From IMG/VR virus record IMGVR_UViG_3300046001_008198, positions 32,001-96,000 of that record: 64,000 nucleotides of DNA; one strand, written 5' to 3'. The translations under genes were made by a program, and so were the position numbers. How positions within the stretch are numbered: the stretch's first letter is position 1; each line of letters begins with the position of its first letter. The notes beneath the pieces are model-generated. The model did no database searches. It saw only the letters and a list, made by a program, of their open reading frames with translations, and was not told where the DNA came from. Shown one piece after another: positions 56,284 to 64,000 of the stretch. Source of the DNA: a virus.

Positions 56284-56820
56284 ATGTTGAACAATCTTAC
56301 AAACTTTGCCAGTATCATAAAAGATAGAATGGTAAAAAAAGAAACAGTACCTACAGACTTAATTGCGTTAGGTAGAGCTGATAAAAAGTATGATGGTGGA
56401 TACCGACCAATTGCCATTAGTGCAGAAGATTTAATTCAACAAGTTGTTGATACAGTAAATAACACTGACTACTACACTGTAGATCTAGCTGTAACAAGTG
56501 TAGTAAATGTTACTACCCCTAAAGGAGTAATTGAAATTACTATGGATGAAACACTAGTAGCTCCAAAACCAGCATTTGGTACATCAGTAGTATTAACTAT
56601 TGCAAATGCAGATATGGATTTTACTGATCTAGATAAAGTTTATATGCAGTTTTCAACATACTATAGTCAAACTATAGATGATACTTTTATACCATATGTA
56701 TTATCTACAGGAGCTACAGTTGGTTCTACTTTTACTATTTATAATGCAAATCCATCACCAGCAGGACTTAGTCAATTTAAAGGAAAATTCTATTTATACT
56801 ATGAGCTTTATAATTTTTAA
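56284..56820 (+). CDS. virion structural protein with shared N-terminal module
   Basis: MLNNLTNF..PTDLIA.G..Y.P.AI.A.D N-terminus. Confidence 0.6.
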   Translation: MLNNLTNFASIIKDRMVKKETVPTDLIALGRADKKYDGGYRPIAISAEDLIQQVVDTVNNTDYYTVDLAVTSVVNVTTPKGVIEITMDETLVAPKPAFGTSVVLTIANADMDFTDLDKVYMQFSTYYSQTIDDTFIPYVLSTGATVGSTFTIYNANPSPAGLSQFKGKFYLYYELYNF

Positions 56821-56823
56821 ATT

Positions 56824-58251
56824 ATGTTACAAAATTTAACTAATTTTTCTAATCTTATTAAGTTAAGAAGAGTTAAAACAACACTTGAACCTACAGATTT
56901 AATTGCTGTAGGTACAAAAGATCGTAGATTCAACGGTGAGTATAAACCAACAGTAATTACAGCAGAAGATTTTGCTGCACAATTTGGTGGATTACAAACA
57001 GTTAAATATTCTAATGTATTTTTTGTAGATCCTATACAAGGTATTGATGCTACAGCAATGTCTGGAGATTTCACAAAGCCTTATCTAACAATAGAATCAG
57101 CTTTAAATGCAGCTAATGCTACTGCTCCAACATTAACAAATCGAGCATTGGTATATGTTCGTAAAGGTGAGATTGCTAATTTTTCAGGCAACGCATATAA
57201 TAATGTAGATGTTTATTGCGATGCCGGGGTTGTATTCAAGGGATATTTCTTTTTAACAGATATGAATATTGGCAGTGGTGTAAATTTCAATTGGTATGGT
57301 TTTGCTAAATGGAATTTAACAATGAGTTCTGTAGCTTTTAGATGGCAATATGCAAGTACTGTTTTAGTTGAAGGAGACTCTTTTGTTAATACAGGTGCAA
57401 TATCTTTATGTTACAATGTAACAATTGGGACAATTGATATTACTTACAATTTTAATTCAATGGAATCATCTCAAACCATAGGTAATGGTTATGCTTTTAG
57501 TTGGAGAAATAATTGTAACGGAACTGTTAATGTAAAAAATTACATTAAATCTCCACACTCTCAACAAGAAATGAGAGCAAGTCATTCAGGAAATATTGAA
57601 ATAAATTGTCCTAGAAATATATTGACAGCTGCTAATGTTTATGGAGGAAATTTTAAACAAATTGCGTATGTCTCTTCATCATCTTTAACAAGCACACTTA
57701 CTTTTAATGGATTGCTAATTAATGAAACACCAACATACTTAGGTGGAACTTCAACAATGATTTTATACCAAGGTTTAGGAACGGTTATAGTTAATGGTAA
57801 AATATACGCTATTCAAGGAATGGGTGTTTGGAATACAGGAGCAGGAACAATTATTGCTGAAGGAGGTATTGAATCAAATATCCAGTGTTTTGTCAGTAAT
57901 GGTGTTGGAAATATTTATATAAAAAGAGGTCTTTTAGCATTAAAAAGTTTAGGAGGGAGTGTTCAGCGTTTAGGTTATGTAGGTTCAACAGGAAATGTAT
58001 GGTTAACAGATTGTGAATTAAATTCTGATTTAGTTGGAGAATGTATATTACAAGGAACAGCTACTTCAAAAGTATTCATGAAAAATATAACTTGTGAAAC
58101 TGCAGGAGTAGATTTTATAAATGCTTCCGTTGCAGGAACAATTAATCAATTTACAAACTGTGTGTCAAATAAACCTTTATCTGCAAATGTAGTAAACGAA
58201 CTTGCTCAAGGATTAATAGTTGATGCTTTATTAAAAACTCCTAAATTCTAA
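56824..58251 (+). CDS. tail spike/fibre-like protein, probable right-handed beta-helix
   Basis: Shared N-terminal module, then FVDP..G.D..G..TKPY.TI..AL (pectin-lyase-like start) and Gly/Asn-rich beta repeats. Confidence 0.65.
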   Translation: MLQNLTNFSNLIKLRRVKTTLEPTDLIAVGTKDRRFNGEYKPTVITAEDFAAQFGGLQTVKYSNVFFVDPIQGIDATAMSGDFTKPYLTIESALNAANATAPTLTNRALVYVRKGEIANFSGNAYNNVDVYCDAGVVFKGYFFLTDMNIGSGVNFNWYGFAKWNLTMSSVAFRWQYASTVLVEGDSFVNTGAISLCYNVTIGTIDITYNFNSMESSQTIGNGYAFSWRNNCNGTVNVKNYIKSPHSQQEMRASHSGNIEINCPRNILTAANVYGGNFKQIAYVSSSSLTSTLTFNGLLINETPTYLGGTSTMILYQGLGTVIVNGKIYAIQGMGVWNTGAGTIIAEGGIESNIQCFVSNGVGNIYIKRGLLALKSLGGSVQRLGYVGSTGNVWLTDCELNSDLVGECILQGTATSKVFMKNITCETAGVDFINASVAGTINQFTNCVSNKPLSANVVNELAQGLIVDALLKTPKF

Positions 58252-58254
58252 ATC

Positions 58255-58569
58255 ATGGAAATCAATATACTAAGTGGCTCAAATGCTCCTGAAACAACAA
58301 ATGTACTAATGGGTATGTATAATGGTACAGATCAAAATGTTGATGTAACAGCATTGAGTAATGCTTTAAAAACAAAGTATGATGCTTTCTTTAATTTCAC
58401 AGGAAATTATTCAAACCTAATCATCCTAAATGCTCCTTATGAGTTAAGTGCGAATAGAGTTATTCCTGATTCAGTAGAGCTGGATACAGTCACAATAGAT
58501 TATAATACTTTATCTGCTGCTGATAAAAAGAAAATAGATAATTTAGCAGCAATAATAATAATTAAATAA
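58255..58569 (+). CDS. hypothetical structural/chaperone protein
   Basis: Directly after the spike-like gene. Confidence 0.55.
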   Translation: MEINILSGSNAPETTNVLMGMYNGTDQNVDVTALSNALKTKYDAFFNFTGNYSNLIILNAPYELSANRVIPDSVELDTVTIDYNTLSAADKKKIDNLAAIIIIK

Positions 58570-58577
58570 AAACAACC

Positions 58578-59213
58578 ATGTTAAATAACCTCACAAACTT
58601 TGCCAATATCATAAGAGAGAGAATGGTAAAAAAGGTATTAGTGCCTACAGATCTAATTGCAGTAGGTAGAGCTGATGCTGGTTATAATGGCGGATATAGA
58701 CCAATTGCTATTAGTGCAAGTGATTTAATTAACCAAATAGCAGAACCTTCTGTAACTTTTGTACAAGGTTCTTTTGATCCTCAAGTACAAGCAACAATGA
58801 CTCCTATATTAGGAACAATTACTTATGCAAACAGTACTGTAGTATTTGATAGATATAGAGTTCAAGGAACAGCTACCTTATCAGGAGCTGGAACTTATGC
58901 ATATCTTATTGGTGTAGTAGTTGGTTCAACTCCTCTATTAAGAGTAAGAGAAGATAGTACTATACTAGCAACAGATACTAATGTTTATGACACAGTAGCT
59001 TCAGCTATGAACTTTAATGTTCTTGTAAAAGATGGAACAGGTGCTTTAATTTCAACTATTTCAGCATTTATTGCGGATGACAATACAATATCATCTCCTG
59101 ATGAACATTGGTTTACATTAGTAATGACAGCAGGAGTACCTTTTAGTGCAGATGTCAGTATTGATTTTACAATTGCAGTACCACAAGGACCAGTAATAGA
59201 ATTTTTTAATTAA
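58578..59213 (+). CDS. virion structural protein with shared N-terminal module
   Basis: MLNNLTNF.. N-terminus, beta-rich C-terminal domain. Confidence 0.6.
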   Translation: MLNNLTNFANIIRERMVKKVLVPTDLIAVGRADAGYNGGYRPIAISASDLINQIAEPSVTFVQGSFDPQVQATMTPILGTITYANSTVVFDRYRVQGTATLSGAGTYAYLIGVVVGSTPLLRVREDSTILATDTNVYDTVASAMNFNVLVKDGTGALISTISAFIADDNTISSPDEHWFTLVMTAGVPFSADVSIDFTIAVPQGPVIEFFN

Positions 59214-59344
59214 TTAACGGCTATGAAAAAGACTAATTTACGCCAATATTTACTTGCTAAGTATGGTAAAAGAGAACTTGAGATTCTTGCAAAACTTTCT
59301 TCTCAAAAAATGAAATATATTACACAAGGTAAAAAATAAAAGTC

Positions 59345-59995
59345 ATGTCAATAGGAAATTTAAAATCAGAAGGTAATAAAGGAAATAATTTTCCTTGGCA
59401 ATTAAAAATGCTAACGGGTCAACAGTGTGCCTGTGACTATCTTAAAGAAATTGATCTTAATACTGATAATATTGAACCCTTGTTATTACAAATATTAACA
59501 GCAATTCAATCAGGATACGATTATGAAGCAATGTTAGTTGTAGATGCTAATGACATTACTTGGTTAGAAATAAGAATTTATAATCCTGATACAGGAACTT
59601 TTGATCCACCCGTATATTATCCAGCAGGATCAAATACACCCGGTATCCCTTTAGCACCAATTACTTATATTAATCCTAATACTTATTTAGCTCAAATTGT
59701 AAGTAATACTTCAGCAATAGCAATAAGTACTGCAGCAATTGATACTAAACTTACATCAGTAGCAAGAACTCCTAATTTTCTAAGACCTTCAGGTTCTTTA
59801 GGTACAGTTACAGCAGGTGTATTTTCTATGTCATTTGCCAGTGTAGGAACTGGTAATGCTACAGTAGGAGGAATGACTCTTAAACCTGGAGAAACAATAA
59901 ATTTTGATGCAGGAGCATTAAACAATACTTTAGGAGCAGTAGCTTATGATACTACTACTACAGGTTCAGAGTTAATTATTATTACACTTACATAA
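59345..59995 (+). CDS. putative virion structural protein
   Basis: Thr/Gly/Ala-rich, in the tail gene cluster. Confidence 0.55.
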   Translation: MSIGNLKSEGNKGNNFPWQLKMLTGQQCACDYLKEIDLNTDNIEPLLLQILTAIQSGYDYEAMLVVDANDITWLEIRIYNPDTGTFDPPVYYPAGSNTPGIPLAPITYINPNTYLAQIVSNTSAIAISTAAIDTKLTSVARTPNFLRPSGSLGTVTAGVFSMSFASVGTGNATVGGMTLKPGETINFDAGALNNTLGAVAYDTTTTGSELIIITLT

Positions 59996-59997
59996 TA

Positions 59998-60549
59998 ATG
60001 TCTACACATATAGACATATCTCCTAACCTAAGTGGTTACGGCAGAGGACTATTTGCACAAACAGCATTAGGAACTCCTATAGCTAATACTATAGTAGAAA
60101 ATTCTTTAGTAGGTGCTGGTGTTGGTACATTGTCAGTTCCTGCAAATGGTTTTAAAGTAGGAGATTCTTTTACTGTTAAAATGTGTGGTAATTTATCTTG
60201 TGCTAATAATGAAACAATACGTATTAGAATTAAATCTAATGGTGTTGTAATTGCAGATGCAGGAGTTTTTCAAATGAAGATTGCTACTAATAAATTCTTT
60301 GAATTAGTTATTGACTTTACAATTGCTCAACTTGGTGGGCCAGGTGTAGGAAAATTACACGTTAATGGTCAATACGCATATAATCAAAATGCTAATACTC
60401 AACTTGACGGAGTTAACTTTGCCTTGGTGTCTAATACTACATTTGATACTACAGTAGCAAATACACTTACAATTACGGCACAATGGGGATTAGCAAATGC
60501 TGCTAATTCAATTCAATCACAGAACTTTGTTCTACAAAAAATATATTAA
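59998..60549 (+). CDS. putative tail-associated beta-sandwich protein
   Basis: Composition and context. Confidence 0.55.
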   Translation: MSTHIDISPNLSGYGRGLFAQTALGTPIANTIVENSLVGAGVGTLSVPANGFKVGDSFTVKMCGNLSCANNETIRIRIKSNGVVIADAGVFQMKIATNKFFELVIDFTIAQLGGPGVGKLHVNGQYAYNQNANTQLDGVNFALVSNTTFDTTVANTLTITAQWGLANAANSIQSQNFVLQKIY

Positions 60550-60947
60550 TGGGTACATTTATTCAAATAGCAGGTTCAGGTGGTGGAACAGCAGGTTCAG
60601 ATAAAGGTTCTTTTGGAGCTGTAGCTGATGCATCTACAACAGGATTAATAGGTTATATCACCATTCCTTACAACGGAACTATCACAGGATGGGAAGTAGT
60701 TGGTGATATAGTAGGAAATTGTGTATTTGATGTATGGAAAACTGCATCAGGTATTATACCTACTGTAGCAGATACTATTGCAGGAACAGAAAAACCCAAA
60801 CTTGTTGCACAACAGATAAATTCAGATTTAGCTTTGACTACTTGGACAACAGCAGTTACAGCAGGAGATATTGTAGCAATAAACCTAGAGTCAGCATCCG
60901 TACTTTCTAGAGCTTGGTTAACAGTATTCATAACTAAACTACCTTAA
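60549..60947 (+). CDS. putative tail-associated protein
   Basis: IPY.GTIT.W....G..VFDVWK..P..A.TI....KP pattern typical of tail-fibre-associated domains. Confidence 0.55.
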   Translation: MGTFIQIAGSGGGTAGSDKGSFGAVADASTTGLIGYITIPYNGTITGWEVVGDIVGNCVFDVWKTASGIIPTVADTIAGTEKPKLVAQQINSDLALTTWTTAVTAGDIVAINLESASVLSRAWLTVFITKLP

Positions 60948-60948
60948 A

Positions 60949-61224
60949 ATGGATTTTACTTGGATAGTATTAGAAAGAACAGAATTACCTCAACAACAAG
61001 TTTATTGGGAGTATGATGAAGAGGGTAATCCAATACCTGGAACAGAAACATTTTTTGATTATGTAATGGTATATACTTTAGTAGAGTATGACTTTCCTAC
61101 TTATCAAACAAAGGTTACTGTAAAAATTAACCATTTCAATCCTCAATCAGAAGAAGAAATTGATTTAGGTATTTATAACATGGGAATTACAGAAGAAAAA
61201 AAATTAGCTAATACACAGGAATAA
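60949..61224 (+). CDS. hypothetical acidic protein
   Basis: Between tail genes. Confidence 0.55.
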   Translation: MDFTWIVLERTELPQQQVYWEYDEEGNPIPGTETFFDYVMVYTLVEYDFPTYQTKVTVKINHFNPQSEEEIDLGIYNMGITEEKKLANTQE

Positions 61225-62897
61225 TGGCAGATAGATATTGGGTAGTAGGTGGTACAGGAAATTATAACTCTACAACAAATTGGTCAGCAACATCAGGGGG
61301 AGCATCAGGAGCATCTTTTCCAAGTGTATCAGATAATGTATTTTTTAATGCTTTAAGTGGAGCTGGAATTGCAATAATAAATGTTGCGTCAAATTGTTTA
61401 AACTTAAATCTTACAGGGTTTTTAGGAACTTTAGATTTTACGTTTAACCTTAGTACGTCAGGAACAGCAATAAATTTAGGATTAGGAACTTATACCGTAA
61501 CAGGTGTTTCTGCATTAAGATTTCAAACAGCAACAGCTATAACATCAAATGGTAGCTCTTGGACTGGAAATATTATGTTTGCTACAAACGGTGTGTTTAC
61601 ATTAGTTGACAATTTAACTGTTTTAGGAACGACAAGTTTTCAAGGTACAATTTCTCCTGTTATAAATGGAAACACCCTGAATATTAAAGGTAATTTAACA
61701 ATATCAACTTCGGGTACAATTTCAGGCACAACTATATTTTCTTTTACAGGAACAGGCACTTGGACGCACACGGTAGCAGGATTAATAAGTAATGCTTTAA
61801 CAATTAACACAGCTGGAACTCTTACTATTTCAGGTACAGTTTATAAACAAACAGGACTTTTTACTTATACAGCAGGAACAATTATTGACACAACAGGAAC
61901 TGTTGTTGTGCAATCATTAACATTAAACCTATCAGGGTTTACATTTAGGAAGTTACTTGTAAATAACACTATAACATTAACTAGCAATATAAATGCTGTA
62001 ACCTTTGGGACAACAGGAGCAAATGCAACATCATTTGTTCTTGGAGGAAATACTCTTAACTTTACTCATCTTGAATTAGGTAACACAGGTACAACAACTT
62101 TACCTACTGCTTGGGTATGCCAAAATATAGAATTTTTAAATGCTTCAGCTGGTGTATTAAATACTAATTCAATTACAATAAATGGCAATATTGTTCAATC
62201 AGGGGCAGGTGTTTACAGTGGAACTACAACTTTTACATACGCTGGGACAGGCACATGGACTGCACCATCAATAAATAGTTATTTTTCAAATAGTTTTACT
62301 ATTAACACAGCAGGAGTATTACTTTTTATAAGTGCTAATCTTGGAGGAGGAATATTTACTTATACAGCAGGAACGGTAGCAACTGCAGGTTCAACTTTAA
62401 ATATTGTTGGAAATGGAACAACATTAAATGATGGTATTATTGTTTGGTGGGATGTGTTTACTGTGATAAACGTATCAAATCTTGTGTTAAATAATCAACT
62501 TGTTTGTCTTAATGCTTTAACAATTGATAATTCACAGGTTGCTTTTAGTGGAGCTGATGGAACATTTGATGTGTACAACCTTTATTTAAATTCATCAGGC
62601 ACTATTGCAAGAAATCCAAAATTAGTTGCTCTAAAAACTTACAGGGTGAGAGCTGTGTTTAAATCTCAAGGAACACTTGCTTTTCCAATAACTTTGTCTT
62701 CTAGTGTTGGAGCATCTCAGGCTATTTTTACAGTTGACCAAGGAGCAATAATTGATGTTGGATTTTGTAATACTAAAGATATAAACTCCTCACTAGGTAG
62801 AAGAATTTACAGTTATAAAGGTTCTTTTGTAAATACATTAAATTGGGACTTATTACCAATAGATGTTACACCATCATCAGGAGTGTTTGTAAATTAA
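61224..62897 (+). CDS. tail fibre/adhesin-like beta-solenoid protein
   Basis: RYWV.GGTGN.NST.NWS..SGG..GAS.P..DNV.F start; internal GTGTWT/INTAG/FTYTAGT repeats. Confidence 0.65.
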   Translation: MADRYWVVGGTGNYNSTTNWSATSGGASGASFPSVSDNVFFNALSGAGIAIINVASNCLNLNLTGFLGTLDFTFNLSTSGTAINLGLGTYTVTGVSALRFQTATAITSNGSSWTGNIMFATNGVFTLVDNLTVLGTTSFQGTISPVINGNTLNIKGNLTISTSGTISGTTIFSFTGTGTWTHTVAGLISNALTINTAGTLTISGTVYKQTGLFTYTAGTIIDTTGTVVVQSLTLNLSGFTFRKLLVNNTITLTSNINAVTFGTTGANATSFVLGGNTLNFTHLELGNTGTTTLPTAWVCQNIEFLNASAGVLNTNSITINGNIVQSGAGVYSGTTTFTYAGTGTWTAPSINSYFSNSFTINTAGVLLFISANLGGGIFTYTAGTVATAGSTLNIVGNGTTLNDGIIVWWDVFTVINVSNLVLNNQLVCLNALTIDNSQVAFSGADGTFDVYNLYLNSSGTIARNPKLVALKTYRVRAVFKSQGTLAFPITLSSSVGASQAIFTVDQGAIIDVGFCNTKDINSSLGRRIYSYKGSFVNTLNWDLLPIDVTPSSGVFVN

Positions 62898-62935
62898 TAA
62901 ATAAAAAATAATAAAAACTATTATCGTATAAAATC

Positions 62936-63373
62936 ATGAGCTTCCAAGACCAATTAAATAGCGTTAAAGACCAAATGTATAATGCTTCTATTTACATGAT
63001 GCCTATTATAGGAGCGTTCTTTGCGCCTGCAACTTATGTGATACTTTTAGTCGTGTTGTTTACGTTGGTAGACACTAAGCTTGGAAGACAAAGAGCAAAA
63101 TTTGAGAATGTTCCATTAACCTCAAATAGATTCTCGGATTTGTTTGCCAAATTAATAGGTTATGGTGTGTTCATTTGCATTGGATTACTTATTAATCTAA
63201 TTACAGAATGGAAACATGGAGTATGGTTATCAGCTATAGTTCCTATCTATACAGAGGTTATATCTATTGATGAGAATCAAAAAGCACTAGGAAAGAAGGG
63301 TATAATCAAACAGATAGAAGATGTTTATAAATTTGCATTGACAATTAAACAGAAGAAAGATAAATTAAGATAA
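62936..63373 (+). CDS. putative holin
   Basis: Three hydrophobic segments, D...G, E..SI.EN motif, basic C-terminus. Confidence 0.7.
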   Translation: MSFQDQLNSVKDQMYNASIYMMPIIGAFFAPATYVILLVVLFTLVDTKLGRQRAKFENVPLTSNRFSDLFAKLIGYGVFICIGLLINLITEWKHGVWLSAIVPIYTEVISIDENQKALGKKGIIKQIEDVYKFALTIKQKKDKLR

Positions 63374-63888
63374 TGGCAAGACTCACACCAAAAATGCAGA
63401 CTAAACAAAACATTACACTAATTGCTCAAGTAGTATTAGGTGTAATGTGCTTATTTCTTCTTTTAAGAAGTCCTAAACAGGTTTATCCTGTAACGACAAA
63501 GAAGACTATTGAAAGAAGAATTGAAGGCAAGGAGACTCAAATTCAAACTTGGACAAAAGTAATTGGAAATGAAAAGAATATTATTAATAGAATTGCTTTA
63601 CTTCAAAAAGACTTTGAGGCAAAACTATTAGAAGTAAAAAATGCTAGAGACACTTTCAAGATTGTACAATATCAGGATACTTTAATCCATGTGTTGTACA
63701 AAAAGGTAGACCATTTAACAAATACAGTTACCTTTCAGGATAGCATAATCATAGCACAGCGTTATATCATCAACTCTAAGGACACTATTATCACGGTTCA
63801 GGAATTTGATATAAAGAAGATTAAAAGACAGCGTAATTGGTCTTTATTAGCAAATGGAGTATTAACCGGATTATTAATTATTAAGTAA
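63373..63888 (+). CDS. putative spanin-like/membrane-anchored coiled-coil protein
   Basis: N-terminal TM, coiled coil, C-terminal hydrophobic tail; lies between holin and lysin. Confidence 0.5.
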   Translation: MARLTPKMQTKQNITLIAQVVLGVMCLFLLLRSPKQVYPVTTKKTIERRIEGKETQIQTWTKVIGNEKNIINRIALLQKDFEAKLLEVKNARDTFKIVQYQDTLIHVLYKKVDHLTNTVTFQDSIIIAQRYIINSKDTIITVQEFDIKKIKRQRNWSLLANGVLTGLLIIK

Positions 63889-63889
63889 G

Positions 63890-64000
63890 ATGAGTTTAGT
63901 AAAATTTCAGGAAAGAATCGGAGCTAATCCAGATGGTGACTTTGGTAAGCAAACCCTAACTAAGGGTATGGAATATTTGAGAATAAGCAAAGAGCAAGCT
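63890..64000 (+). CDS. endolysin N-terminus (peptidoglycan-binding; GH19-type suspected), truncated by window edge
   Basis: MSLVKFQERIGANPDGDFGKQTL: Q..IG..PDG.FG..T binding motif. Confidence 0.55.
   Translation, partial: MSLVKFQERIGANPDGDFGKQTLTKGMEYLRISKEQA

Noticed and set aside
56284-58740. Possible DGR template/variable repeat pair
   Set aside because: Differences involve all four bases and mostly third codon positions, the repeats are at N-termini, and there is no reverse transcriptase in the window
1-64000. Stop-codon reassignment (seen in some crAss-like phages)
   Set aside because: Genes tile densely with the standard code, and TAG acts as a normal stop (e.g. 10279, 42726)

Overview
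This is a 64-kb AT-rich segment of a large tailed phage that most likely infects a Bacteroidota host (inference). The host call rests on TAnnTTTG promoter boxes and on DUF4494 and Bacteroidetes-type ClpS genes. The gene content (PolB, primase, DnaB, AAA_24, UDG-fold, PD-(D/E)XK nuclease, giant virion protein) looks crAss-like. Layout: (i) 1-2352 (+) is the 3' end of a very large probable virion protein. (ii) 2353-49000 (-) is a long replication, DNA-modification and early accessory block. It contains two group I introns that can be reconstructed to the base: one with a LAGLIDADG gene in a DUF2201/VWA gene, one with a GIY-YIG gene in a RecD-like helicase gene. (iii) About 46.4-49.4 kb is a largely non-coding, repeat-rich divergence point, a candidate origin or terminal region. 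(iv) 49.4-64 kb (+) holds small genes, GroES, modular tail/structural genes and a holin/spanin-like/endolysin cassette. The most unusual signals are: a strand-polarised motif TTTACTATCAT(C) with 16 exact copies, often fused to terminator hairpins and/or just upstream of start codons; an integron attC-like site with a complete cassette-like ORF; a UDG homologue with both catalytic residues replaced; a tRNA-like RNA with an aberrant anticodon arm; and a phage ClpS. All annotation is by eye from motifs; no database searches were run.
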